The notes under the pieces are model-generated. The model made no database searches, was not told the DNA's origin, and saw nothing but the letters and a program-made list of their open reading frames with translations. The translations under genes were made by a program, and so were the position numbers. A stretch of 64,000 nucleotides of DNA from Octopus bimaculoides (lineage: Eukaryota), in NCBI RefSeq assembly GCF_001194135.2, contig NC_068992.1:30669478-30733477 (forward strand). The letters run 5' to 3'. Below are positions 26,300 to 39,700 of the stretch, piece by piece (position 1 is the first letter of the stretch; the number at the start of each line of letters is the position of its first letter).

Positions 26300-26395
26300 A
26301 GATTTGGACAGCAATTTCGGGGAAAGATATAAAGCGATTAGATCGACCCCAGTGCTATTTTATCGACTTCGGCATAGTTGGGAACAGAACCCAAA
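26300..26395 (-). mobile_element. SINE family 2, 3' half
   Basis: Reverse complement GAAGTCGATAAAATAGCACTGGGGTCGATCTAATCG...CCCCGAAATTGCTG matches the family-2 tail. Confidence 0.55.
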
Positions 26396-26705
26396 CTGAA
26401 ACGAAGTCATATTTCAAAATACATATCAAAGAACAAAATAATTCCTTATTTACACGGACTCAAGTGTAAAATTATGTTATTTCAGTGGCATTTAGAAAAT
26501 TCTTTTGGATTAAACTAGAATCGACACCGGATCGCTGTGTTCTTCTTTAAAGAATCCTTACATCATCATTCTGAAAAAAAAAACATTGTGAACCTATAAC
26601 TACAACTTCATAACTATCTATTATGAGAATATTTTTTTACCCGTTCTGACACAGATTGTCCCGGAGGTGGGATAAAAAAGCAGACTGATGAACAACAAAC
26701 TTGTA

Positions 26706-26762
<57 letters not shown>
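26706..26762. repeat. (TAC)n microsatellite
   Basis: Direct triplet run. Confidence 0.97.
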
Positions 26763-27526
26763 ATTCTTTGATTCGTCTTTCTTGTTTGTAATTTCAGTTT
26801 GCAGGGGAAGAGTAGATGTAATTTTTTTCCATAGTTAACTATCTACAGTTATATATTACAATGAATCATAGAGTAGAAAATATATTAACAATTATGAAAA
26901 TTGTTATCCGAAATATGAAAGAGTTCCAATAATGAAGAAACGAACAATAGAGACTAATGAGCAGACATCAATCTGTCCTTGTTGTATGAATTGGTCGCAG
27001 CCATCAGAGTGTATTGAAGTAAATATCAGAAACAACAAACAGATCTAGAATTGTAATGAGACTAATAAATTGGTCATATCTGATAGGATTTCATCTCATT
27101 AAACAGACTTTTTAAAGAGTTTTTAAATGAATTTCAGCTGTAGAAATGTTTCTCTCCATTAGAATGATTACCCACATACAATATGTCAAATAATACACTA
27201 AATAAACATTAAAAAAATGTCCATGATAATTACTACATCGAGAAATGTTATAATCATCACCACCATCGTTGTCGTAATCATCATCATCGCCACCATTTTC
27301 ATCATCAACTTTATTATTATCCATTATAATTTTTTCCTGAATTCATTTAAAAATTTTATAACAATTCAAAGTGACAATCATTCAAATAGATTCTTACACA
27401 CGGATACACACATATACGCATACATACATATATTCTGTTTTACGGCTTTCATTTGCTATATATATGTATATNNNNNNNNNNNNNNNNNNNNNNNNNNNNN
27501 NNNNNNNNNNNNNNNNNNNNNNNNNN

Positions 27527-27574
<48 letters not shown>

Positions 27575-29509
27575 TCACACACACATATATATCTACATAT
27601 ATATGTGTGTGTCTGTAAAATATTATATCACGCATATATGAACAGGTGTACTTATACACGTACGCATATATATAGCCATACATGTGTTTGTATGTGTCTG
27701 TGTATGTTTGCGACCGCGCATATCTGTCTATGTTTGTAGAAACAAATACGACCCAGTCATTCGGAAGTTGGCATCGAGATCGTAAGGATTCCACGTGTAA
27801 TTCTTTGGCGTGGGATCCTTGGCAAATACTATATTCGAACCGTCTTACATCCGGACTATTTTGAGTGAAATTACTAATCAATGATTTCCATTAATCCTGT
27901 CAGCGCAGGCTATTCCTGAATGAAATCATCTCGCGTCTTAAAGATTATTCTCAGATGATACCCATATTGTTTCCTACGTTAAGGATAGAGGCAACTCAGT
28001 GATTTTTACCCATAATTTAGCTCCTTAAATGAGTAAGCAGAGGCAGTTCAGCTATATAGAGCAACATGGATATATAACGAGCAAACCTACGATCATCGCA
28101 CTTATTTTACTTAATACCGATACATACATCATTATGAGTTTGATACGTATTAATGTACGTATGTATATGTTCATGCTTGTACGCTTGTACGTCTTTGGAT
28201 AAGAAGGTACATAATTGTGGAAGATTCAAAATACATAAAATCTAATAAATATATAAATATTGTTAACTGTTTATTTTATTCTAGTATGAATACAAGATAT
28301 ATGTTGAGAAAAGCTAACTACTCAGAAGAAAGTACTACTTAAAATCTTTTTATGTTTAAATAATTATACAAATATTCTTTATTTCATAACATCTAAACTG
28401 AGAATCATGATAAAATGTTATATTAATCTGGGAATCCTAGAAGTAAAATCTTGAAATTGTAATTACAACTGTTTGTTTATATATATTTACTTGTTTCCAA
28501 ATAATTTAGTATTAAACATCAAGAAACGTAGTGGTTCTGAAATATATCCTATTATTTTCAATGTTGTAATATATCTTTGCCAATATATTGTGTTTTACAG
28601 CCAACCACTTTGTTTTTGCATATTTTTGTCAGCGTTAAATCGATTGTAAACACTTGAGACCGTAATATAAACAAAACACAAACAAAAGAGAATGTACATA
28701 CACAAATAGTCTGACGCTTGCATGGTCACCTGAGTAAACGAGGTTCGCTCTGCAACCAGGTGATTGTGGTATAGATTTTATAGTACGGTACATTGAAAGA
28801 GAATATCTACTTTTTATTTACGCGAGTCATTTCATAATTTGTAGGTAGAAAATATACATACATACAATCATGCTTACATGCATACATGCATAAAAACATA
28901 CATACATGGATACACATCACAGGCATACACACGCACGTGTGCACACACATGCACACACACACATGCATATATAAATTGATCAATCCAAATATGAAAACAT
29001 GTAAATTCCCATTTATGACAGAACCCAATGTTGAGTACTGATTTTAAACAATGATGTTACCATGCTCTCAGAACGTACAACACATTTAATGGTAAAGTGA
29101 ATATTTGCTAAACACCAACATAAAATTACACACATAATTGTGTGCGCTTGTAGTTATCTTCCCACTAGTCTAAATTCAGTATCTGCTTATGAGCCCCCAC
29201 CTTTGATATGCGTAAGTTTTACTAATGGAGAAAGATATCAATTCCTACATTAAAACGTAGATACATATATGATCCGATTTAACATCGAAAGTTCTGGGAC
29301 TGCAAGGTCTAGGCCAGTAACTTACTTTTGTAAGAGAATACAAGATTTTTCATATTAATAGAAATCAATAATAACAGGTTTCAAATGGTTTCGACCAAGA
29401 AACCATCATAATATATAACCACTAAGTCAAGCTCACATCCACCTCTGTATTTGTGAAGCGAGATATTTGATTAAAATAAGTAATGAATAATGTTTCCTCT
29501 TCTACCTCC

Positions 29510-29593
29510 TCCCCTCCTTCTCCTCCTCCTCCTGCTGCTGCTACTATTTACTAATTTGCAGCAGCATCAGTAGTAACAGTGGCATCATCATCC

Positions 29594-29627
<34 letters not shown>

Positions 29628-29699
29628 CATCATCATCATCATCATCAGCAGCAGCATCAGCAGTATTAGTAGAAGTAGTATAAGTAGTAGTAGTAGTAA

Positions 29700-29767
<68 letters not shown>
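29510..29767. repeat. Compound (CCT)/(GCT)/(CAT)n/(TAG)n microsatellite
   Basis: Directly visible consecutive triplet runs. Confidence 0.95.
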
Positions 29768-31036
29768 TCTTACAGATAATTAGCTATCTATCTGTATGTC
29801 TCTCTGTTTCTGTATTTCTGTCTAACTATATAGATTAGGTACAAGATTTATCGGAATCTAGGCATGTCAACACAGGACACCAGAAACTGCTACGAACAAG
29901 AACTTAAGCTGCACCGAGAGCCAGTCAGATCTAATGTTTGAATTGCATTCGCTGCTTACATATTTACAGTATCCTATCAATACCTGATACGTTCATGATT
30001 GTTTACTTCAGTATGGATCCTGTATTATCGTACGTACCCTGTTCTGGCGTCCTGAGTTTTGCTGTGAGTAAATTTTAATGAATCTTATAACTAATCTATG
30101 TATATTGATAGATAAATAGATAGATTGATAGGTATACAGTTACCTGTGAGAGGTGCCTTATAATAAAAGACACCGTCAAAATGAAAATATCTGTAAATAC
30201 TACGGGATGCAATCTAGGCGCTATAAGGAAATTTGTGTAGCAAATGTCATGGTCAAGAATTCAAAGAAAAAGGAAACAAATGACGATATATTTCGCCAGC
30301 TGCGATACAAATAAAAAGTAATCAATAACTTAGATTTTGATAATTTTTAAAACTGTTTCGTAGGCAGATTCTTATCCAAGCTACGAATTTCCGCTCTCTT
30401 ACTGTATCATCAGATTGTGTTAGAATAAGCAAGAGAATAAAATCAATGGAAATCATGCGCATTATTTTATTACGACGCCGAATAATAGAGAATTCTGATT
30501 GTCACGGATATATAATACAGCAGATACTATCTAATTGATTTGCTGAAGAAGGAATGGGTTACAATATGATATTAGAATATAATATTGCGCTTCAATAGAC
30601 CAGCGGCATTGTTACCTATTCACCAGTTATTTAATGGCATCATATATAAAAGGGGTATTCATTCCTTAAGATGGCAAATCGGGAGCGGAAATGATATTTG
30701 TAAAGATTTTATCACTTGGCATATTTCCCAATATGGATATTATCAGAAAACAACAAAACAAATCGCAATGCCTACACAACGATGTTGCAAAGAAAATATT
30801 AAGAATTTCTGTGGTTAAAACTGTTGGGTGCATTTAATATATTGGCAGTTACCAATTAGAAAAGCAGTTAAAGTACGTGAAATAATATTTGCATAGAAAC
30901 GAAATGATAATGAAAGGCACATACACACAGTCTCGCATGTGCACACACTCATATGAATATATATATCTGTATATTTATATCTATATCTATGCATGTCTAC
31001 ATCTATGCATGTCTACATCTATCTATCTCTCCATAT

Positions 31037-31087
<51 letters not shown>

Positions 31088-32786
31088 TATATNNNNNNNN
31101 NNNNNNNNNNNNNNNNNNNNNNNNNNNNNNNNNNNNNNNNNNNNNNNNNNNNNNNNNNNNNNNNNNNNNNNNNNNNNNNNNNNNNNNNNNNNNNNNNNNN
31201 NNNNNNNNNNNNNNNNATATAAGCAAATAATAAATGAGTATATGCATATATACGTACAAGTGTGTGCATACCTACGTCTACCTGTATATATAGGTGCATA
31301 TCTGGGTACAGGACATTGCAAACAAGACGCAGAAAAAAAATAATAATAACCAGAGTACAGAAAACACACAAGCCACACAGAGAACATTTTCCCTCATCAG
31401 CTACCCCCGTTTTAACACCGTAGAAGAATAGCTGAGCAACGAGAGAAAGAGAGGAATATAGTAGTAACAGAAGGAAGTACGAGGGGGGAAGAGAAAGATA
31501 TAGTAGTAACAGAAGGAAGAATGAGAGAGATAAAGAGAGATACGTAGTAGTAACAGAGGAAGAACGAGAGGGGGAAAACGTAATAGAGAAAGAGATAGAT
31601 AGCGTCCGAAAATTTAAAGTTGAAATTACTTACAACAGCGGTGACGCTGGCGTTCGGTCATGTAAAAACAAATAATAAATGAGTATATGCATATATACGT
31701 ACAGGTGTGTGCATACCTACGTCTACCTGTATANNNNNNNNNNNNNNNNNNNNNNNNNNNNNNNNNNNNNNNNNNNNNNNNNNNNNNNNNNNNNNNNNNN
31801 NNNNNNNNNNNNNNNNNNNNNNNNNNNNNNNNNNNNNNNNNNNNNNNNNNNNNNNNNNNNNNNNNNNNNNNNNNNNNNNNNNNNNNNNNNNNNNNNNNNN
31901 NNNNNNNNNNNNNNNNNNNNNNNNNNNNNNNNNNNNNNNNNNNNNNNNNNNNNNNNNNNNNNNNNNNNNNNNNNNNNNNNNNNNNNNNNNNNNNNNNNNN
32001 NNNNNNNNNNNNNNNNNNNNNNNNNNNNNNNNNNNNNNNNNNNNNNNNNNNNNNNNNNNNNNNNNNNNNNNNNNNNNNNNNNNNNNNNNNNNNNNNNNNN
32101 NNNNNNNNNNNNNNNNNNNNNNNNNNNNNNNNNNNNNNNNNNNNNNNNNNNNNNNNNNNNNNNNNNNNNNNNNNNNNNNNNNNNNNNNNNNNNNNNNNNN
32201 NNNNNNNNNNNNNNNNNNNNNNNNNNNNNNNNNNNNNNNNNNNNNNNNNNNNNNNNNNNNNNNNNNNNNNNNNNNNNNNNNNNNNNNNNNNNNNNNNNNN
32301 NNNNNNNNNNNNNNNNNNNNNNNNNNNNNNNNNNNNNNNNNNNNNNNNNNNNNNNNNNNNNNNNNNNNNNNNNNNNNNNNNNNNNNNNNNNNNNNNNNNN
32401 NNNNNNNNNNNNNNNNNNNNNNNNNNNNNNNNNNNNNNNNNNNNNNNNNNNNNNNNNNNNNNNNNNNNNNNNNNNNNNNNNNNNNNNNNNNNNNNNNNNN
32501 NNNNNNNNNNNNNNATATATGCACGAAAATTAATTTTCGCAAGGATAGAAGCATAGAGATATTTTATGGAAAATTTAGATAGAAAATTTCAGTAAATACT
32601 TATATTTACTTAACCGGTTTCCGTATTTCATTAATTTCAAAAGAAGTACGATACAAGAAACAACAGTCCATCATTGGTCTCTTGCTCTATATGCGTAGAG
32701 ATACGTGCATGCAAGTATGCATTCATATACATAGAAGTATACCTGTTTTTGTATGTGTGAGCTTATATGTACATATATAAATTCAC

Positions 32787-32820
<34 letters not shown>

Positions 32821-32822
<2 letters not shown>

Positions 32823-32995
32823 GAGAATATACAAAAAATAACAACAGACGAGGANNNNNNNNNNGGTGTAAATAACAAAAGTATATATTAGTATGACGCT
32901 CGGGAATACGGAAAGTCTTTGACGTTTCGAGCTACGCTCTTCAACAGAAAGAATACGGAGACAAGGAGAAAAACACGGAGAAAAAAAAAAAATTG

Positions 32996-32996
<1 letters not shown>
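32821..32996 (-). mobile_element. Penelope-like-element terminal fragment (hammerhead-bearing) inserted in (TA)n
   Basis: About 175-bp non-coding unit between (TA)n runs at 32791-32820 and 32998-33028, containing the hammerhead below. PLE assignment rests on the hammerhead type. Confidence 0.55.
32916..32952 (-). ncRNA. Minimal type-I hammerhead ribozyme motif (CUGUUGA core variant)
   Basis: Minus strand: UCUUU-CUGUUGA-A-GAGC-GUA-GCUC-GAAA-CGU-C-AAAGA. Stem I UCUUU/AAAGA 5 bp, stem II GAGC/GCUC 4 bp, palindromic ACGU stem III, GUC cleavage triplet. One core deviation (A6 to U). Confidence 0.65.
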
Positions 32997-33030
<34 letters not shown>

Positions 33031-33869
33031 TGAGAGAGCATAATAGGTTGTGATGTTATATGTATGGGAGAGAGAAAGGTTACAGAGATAGAGTGAGGAA
33101 GAGAGAACAGTGATTATTCTGCATTATTCTCGTGATAATTTCTACCACGTACTTTGATATTACCACATTCCGATGCTGAATAATATTGATTTCTGTGACT
33201 TCCTACGTCTTGAGATATCAATCCTTCAGGCTATCTGTTGTCTGAAGCTTTTCCTTCTCTTTGGTGTATATTACGAACTTTTTTCAAGTAACATTTATAT
33301 ATTGTGATCATTGTAAATGTATTTAAATTCATCAATATTGTATATAATAGAAATGGAATGTGTAAGTAATGTAATATGCATTGTATTATTTGTTATACAA
33401 TATATTTTACAGTGAGGCTTGATAGATTGTTCAACTTTATGGTTTTCAGCTATTCTGCATTTACTAATACAATATCACTTTCGCTTTCATATGTATGTGT
33501 AAATTGCATAAGGTATAATAAATACAATTAAACATATACTGTTATATAAATTTGCACACACAAACACACGCATACATACACACATAGGCACACGCACATA
33601 AACACGAACATGCATACACATATTCTAGAATCCAGCATTAAGTAAACGTTGGTGACATTTTGATGTTAAAAACAAGGACAGACCTATCATCGTAGGAATA
33701 TTCAGGGATAACACAGTCATTAGCTTTTACTAAAAATGTTCATGCGCAGCAAATCCTCTCTGTGTATGGCTTTGCATTACATGCAGATACTAGTTTTGGT
33801 ACTTCTCGAAGTCATTTATGACTATTCTCGCAGGTAATTTGATATTGTCCTTAGGTAATGTTTTATATC

Positions 33870-36585
33870 AAAACAATATTGCGAATTACAAATAATATAA
33901 TAAATAATGACTTTTTTTGAATTCCCGTCTATTTTGATTAGTGCACTTAGTGTCCAGTTAAGGATATTTTAGCACTAACTTATAACTGGGTCGGCTACAG
34001 TGTTGATACCTACTATCTTGCTTTTCGCATTGAGCTCTGTTTTCAATATTAATCTCTAACTCGTCTATAGTATTTTTTTTTCTCTTTCATTTGTGAGTTG
34101 TACCTTATCAGGTCCATTGATTCCTAATTATCTGTATGTCTTGTTTTGGTCTAATTCACTAATTTCATTTGCTTCATCTAGTATGATGTTGCTACTCTGG
34201 TCAGGTTTTTCTCTTTTCATGGTTACTTCGGCACATTTTTCTATGCCTAATTTCATGTTTATTTCTTGCGTAAATCCATTCGCTGTCTGTAGTAATGTTT
34301 CTCGCTGTTTATCATTTGTGGCGTACAGTTTTAGGTCACCTATATAAAAGAGGTGGCTGACTGTTTTGCCGTATCATTTGTACTCACATCCACTTCTGCT
34401 TAGCATGTCAGATAAAGGTGTCAGTGCTAAGCAGAGAAAAAGTGGAGAGATTGTATCTCACTGGAATATTCCTGTTCTAAAGGGGATGGCTTTGATTTTT
34501 ACAAGTCCGTCTTTTGTTTGGAGCTGTAGCACTGTCTGCCATTTATTCATGGAATGTGGTATGTCTTATGCTACCTTGATCATGGCTAGTGTTTCTACGA
34601 TCCACATGAAGTGAATACTATCGAAAGCCTTTCGGTAATCTATCCAGGCCATACTTAGACCCAACTTTCTGCGGTGTCTTCAGTTCAGTTATGGCTTGAT
34701 CGATCATTAATTGATCTTTACAGCCGTATGAGCCCTTGCAGCATCCTTTCTGCTCTCGTGGTAACTGGTTGTTTTTTTCCAGATGCTTGCCCATTCACTG
34801 CGATATTATTCAAATAAAGGCTTTGAAAATTGTTGGGAGACAAGATATTGGTCTGTAATTTTGTGCGTTTGCCGTTTCAGTGTATCTTGAATTAGGATAC
34901 TTCTCTCTTCCGTGAGCTTTCCAGGCATTGTCTCTAACTCTGCTAGTATCTTATTAACTTTCTCAGCCAGCATTTTATGTGTTCCTGTCAGATATTTGAA
35001 CCAAATGCTTGAGATCTTATCGCACCCAGGTGCCTTCCTGTTACTTAGCTTTTGAAGGGCCTGTGTGACTTCTTCTCTTGTTATTGGAGTCCAGAGTTGT
35101 TCAGGTGCTGAGTTCGTTGATTTGAGGTTGTTCATTCGCCGACCCTATTTCTTTCCAAAATTCTTCCATTTCTTCTACTGTTGGTGCTGCATTGATATCA
35201 ATTTAATTTTTGCCAAGTTCTTCGTAGAATCATTTAGAATTGGAGTTGAACTGTTTTGTTGCAAGAAACGTTGGCGTTTCTCATACCGGCGGTTTCTTTG
35301 TGCTTTGGCGAGGATATCTTACTTTAACCGTTCTTTCACCTCAGGTATACCTTTTTCTGTAATTTTATAATTACACTGTATTATTATTCTCTTCTTCTTG
35401 GTTAGTATTGTTGATTGTATACTAATTTCGCTAAGGATTGACAGATCTTTTCTATTGTTTTCTATTTTTGTTTTATATCATTTATCCACAGGATTGTTTG
35501 GGTGGTGGTAGTCTTGTTTGGATGGGTTTCAGGGAGTATCTAGCTTCTTTTGTGGTTACAGTGGCTATTGCATATATTATGTAATTTAACCTGATCATAT
35601 TGGCATTTTTTTCAGTGGCTATTAGTTCTGTGACGGTCAGATCATGCTATTCATTATTGATGTTGTATTAGTATCAATTTTAAAATTCGGGAGAGACAAT
35701 TGGTGGTCCATACTGAGGTCTGTTCTCATTTTTTTGATTATGCGCATTTTTAGAATATCATAATCATTAGGTTCACCTTCACTTTTTCCAGGTTTTAGGT
35801 TTGTTTTGTATTCCCTCCCGTTCAGCTTTGTGTCTGTGGTGTTCTCGTTTGCTCATCATTATACATTCCTATGGTCTCGATTCGTTGTCTTTCGTTGTTT
35901 ACTTCGCTTTTGTTGGAAATGTCTCGCCTATTTCCGCGTTTCACAGTCTCATTGTTTATGATATTATTTGTTATTGCTGTGTGGTTACTATCTACGTTTT
36001 CCTTATGTAGTTTTCCAATTAAGAGTTCCATTTCTATTTCTGATATATGTTTTGTTTTGAGAATATATATTCATATGTTACCTAGTTTATTAGGAGTCAT
36101 TGCTGTATCCAAGTCTTTAGCTAGGTTATTCCCCGCCCCCAGATTTTATATGTATATGCTGTGGTGTTGTCGTTCTTTGGGTAGAATTGATAAAATAAGC
36201 GTGTAGTATAGACATATATCGATCATTTATGCATTTTTGATTTTATTTGCTAGACATGAGAAATAACCTCCGGCCTTTTATTTTGACGGTCATCATTTTC
36301 GTAGGGTACCGGACCGTGAATTTCTGGTGTGAAATGGTTTTACACGTGTAGTTTTTCGTACATTTTGTGTAACATGTTTAAAGTATTGTTATTCTTGGGC
36401 TGAATAATACAGGTCTTATTCAATTTTTAAAAAATAATTTTGTGCATGGTGTTTGGGGTCGGAGATGGTGTGATGTTGATGGGATCGTAATGTGGCGAGC
36501 GTGCTTCCGTCTGCTGTGCGGGCAATGGAGGTGATACACAGTTAAAATGCATCATTTAACTTGGAAAATAGAAATAAATTCCAAT
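33870..36585 (-). mobile_element. R4/Dong-clade retrotransposon B: 5'UTR + N-terminus + RT, 3' end missing, decayed
   Basis: Reverse-complement fragments: WTPITREEVTQALQKLSNRKAPGCDKI; GCKDQLMID; MAWIDYRKAFDS; VSHLFYIGDLKLYATND (YxDD box); MKLGIEKCA; ILKTELNAKSKIVGINT. The 5' 700 bp is homologous to 54640-55305. Confidence 0.9.
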
Positions 36586-36591
36586 GTGTGT

Positions 36592-36594
36592 AAC

Positions 36595-36634
<40 letters not shown>

Positions 36635-36694
36635 TTAATTCTTCTTCTTCTTCTTCTTCTTCTTCTTCTTCTTCTTCTTCTTCTTCTTCTTCTT

Positions 36695-36771
<77 letters not shown>

Positions 36772-36775
36772 TATT
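36592..36775. repeat. Compound (AAT)n-(TCT)n-(TTA)n microsatellite between elements B and C
   Basis: Directly visible; the TAA polarity flips across the TCT run. Confidence 0.97.
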
Positions 36776-36789
36776 TTGTCTATTATGAA

Positions 36790-39700
36790 AGACTCTCGGA
36801 TAGTTTTTAATTGCCGGTTATTCTTTACTTAAAAGCAGGCAATAACAAATCACCAAACGTTTCAACTAGTGCCTTCTGTTGTGACTTAAAGAGACAATAC
36901 GCTCCCTAGAATGCAAACTGTACCTAACAATGCTGTCTTCTGGATTACTTTGATGCTGTCAGCAGCTCCAATATTCTTAATATGTGTTTCAAAGCACATG
37001 GAAACTGCTTCTAAAGCACCAATTACCACCGGTATCACCATTACTTTCCTCATGCCCATAACTTTCCTTTCTCGTCCTGCAGTGGCTGGTATTACTCAAT
37101 TCTTTCTGCTTCCTTACCTTTCAACCTCGAATCGCCTTGTATTGAAACATTTATTATATTTAATTGTATTTCATTTTTATGGATGAGCACGATATCTGGT
37201 CGTCTTACCTCTAAGACTTGATCGCACTACACGTTAAAATACCAGAGTATTTTGTAATATTCGTTTTCCATTACTCCCTCTGGCTTGTATTCATATTATT
37301 GTTCGGCTCTCTGGAGGTTTGCTTTGCCGCACAACAGCCAGTGGACATATCTGGCCACATCGTCGTCTCCGTTCGTATTCGCGTTTTCCGAGCTTACAGC
37401 ACTCATTAACAATATGGGTTATACTTTCTCCTTTCTCAGAGCACATCTTACATTGTGTCGAGTCAGCGCTTTTACCAATGTGATATTTGGAGTAGATTGT
37501 TCTGCGAGCTTGTTCTTGAGCGCTGCACATTCATGCTTCAGTGGATCTTTTTAAATCACCTGTCTGAAGTCATTGCCAAGTCCTATTCCAATCAATCTCA
37601 TCTTTATTTTTCAAGAACTGACTTTGGCTTTAATTGTCCTACCAAATTTTCTTCATCTGTTCTCTCTGGTTTCTCTTAAATTCCGTTAAATCTACGGCTT
37701 CATTCATTTTTAAGGTACCTTGCATTTTCATTGCTTCAATCATTTCTTCTTTACTTCCATTGACATACGAAGCTCGGCTAATCACCTCTTCTCTTAAACC
37801 AACCATAACAATACACAGATCCCCGTCCTCCTTCTTTCCTCTTTACATAAAATCTTGACACATCACTCTTGGGGTGTAGTTCCTTGTTCATTTTCATTGA
37901 TTTACGTGTTCTCCAGTCCATCTCTTCTAATTCATGCTTCTTCCAAAATACTATTCTTGTCCGATATCTCATCAGAGCAACAGCCCACGTGTCGATAACT
38001 CAAATCTTATGGTGGCCATTTAGCTTCGACTGGACCACAAGCTGAGTTCTCAAATACTCTTTCCTGTACATTTCTTTCATCTTGTGTTCATTCATCTTAC
38101 CTATTTCAATGATACCCAGATACGTATATCATTCCTCTCCGGCTTCCTTTATAGTTTCGCCACTTTACAACTTGATCCTATGGCTTTTACTGATTTCCTC
38201 CTCTTTTGAGAATCCTTACATAACCTTTCTTGATCCCAAATTCCATGCCAATATCTTTGCTAATGATCTGCACGTTTGCCATCAAATTCTTTATTTCTTT
38301 CTCAGTCTTAGCGAATAGCTTTAGGTCACCCGTAAACCACTCGTTGTTACCTTTCACTCTGCTTAGCATGTACTCCAAACGTATCTTTCGTAAAACGCTC
38401 GTTACTGGCAGTATGCAGACAACAAATAGGAGAAGCGACAGACTTACCCCTTCAAGCATTCCTCTTTTGATATTTAACTCTTTCAGGTTATCTCCCCATG
38501 CTGTGAGTTCAGTTCGCCACGTTGTCATTCAGGATATTGTGAGAGACCTTAAGCAATTTAATGTATTCAATAATCTGCGAGTGTGGAAGTATGTTATATG
38601 CTTTCCTCTATTCCTCCCATGCCATCGCCAAATGTTTCTGTCTTGTTGCAATCAGCCAGGATAGTCTTATCGATTAGTAATTGATCCCTTTGATCCTTCG
38701 TTCCTCTGCTCTTAAGTCTACACCCTTTTCGTTACACGGTAGTAGATCTTTCTTATCTAGTTACTTATAGATATTGTTTGATATAATGCCTGTCATCAGT
38801 TTCCACATGAGTAGAAAACGTTATTGGTCGGAAGTTTTCAACCACATTCAATTTACTTGGGTTCTTCTGGCTTAGTACCGTTCTTCTTTTGGTCATCCAG
38901 GCCGGTACTTGGATGTCACTGCTCAGTATTTCGTGCAGCTTGTTCGCAATTCTCCTGGGCAGAGCTGTCAACTTTTTAAGCCAAAATCCCTGAACCCCAT
39001 CTGGGCCAGGAGCTTTACGGTTAGAGATTTTTCTGGCTTTGATCTTTTATCATATCCTCGATTATTTTCAAATCTTCCTGCTGATACTCTCCTCTACTTC
39101 CTTTGAGTTACTTTAACCATTCTGCTTCAGTTTTGTGTTATTTCTCCTGAGACCCTATGTTTGACGAGAATCAATTGCTTTCTTCATCAACCGGCACGGC
39201 TTTTCACCTTTCTATTTCCCATCCAGTTCCTAATTGACTCGTTTCTGGTTTTGTTCGAAAAGTCTCTTTAATCTTTATTGCTCAATTCTCTCTTCATATT
39301 GCTTTAGTATATGTGCTTTAGTTTATGTTCTTTAGCTTTTAATCTCTGTTTTAATTCCTCAATCACAGCGTTGATTGCCTTTCTCTTCACCCTATACATC
39401 ATCCCTAGCTCAACATATTTCTTTCGCTGAACTTCAATTCTCATTTTCCGTTCCAGAGTTTTAATATGCTTTCTGGCTTGGTAATTCTCCTTTTCCATCA
39501 TGGTTCCTTCAGGTTATGTTGACATTTACCTTTGGCTTTCAAACCTAATTTCCGAGCTATAAAGATCGAGATTGGATTTATAATATTTTTGGTGTCTGTG
39601 ATGTTCTTGGCCCTGATACCACCAGTGATATCATTTATCTTCCTGACCCATTCATAGAGTTTATGTCTGTCTACATTTTTAAATCCCATATGGAGGCTCT

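Noticed and set aside
30012-30063. AG...GTGAGT-bounded 52-nt segment (similarly 29154-29211 and the donor at 63469)
   Set aside because: Two frames open, no recognisable peptide; expected by chance in 64 kb.
31360-31405. CTGATGAG on the minus strand (also CTGATGA at 26685, 42357 and 60126)
   Set aside because: No helix II followed by GAAA; not hammerheads.
31456-31580. Three imperfect repeats of TAGTAGTAACAGAAGGAAG
   Set aside because: Ordinary purine-rich minisatellite; no further structure. The 11-bp repeats at 57585-57630 are similar.
31224-31733. About 65-bp near-identical duplicate (31224-31290 vs 31669-31733) next to gaps
   Set aside because: Both copies abut N gaps and differ by one base; most likely a haplotype or contig-overlap artefact.
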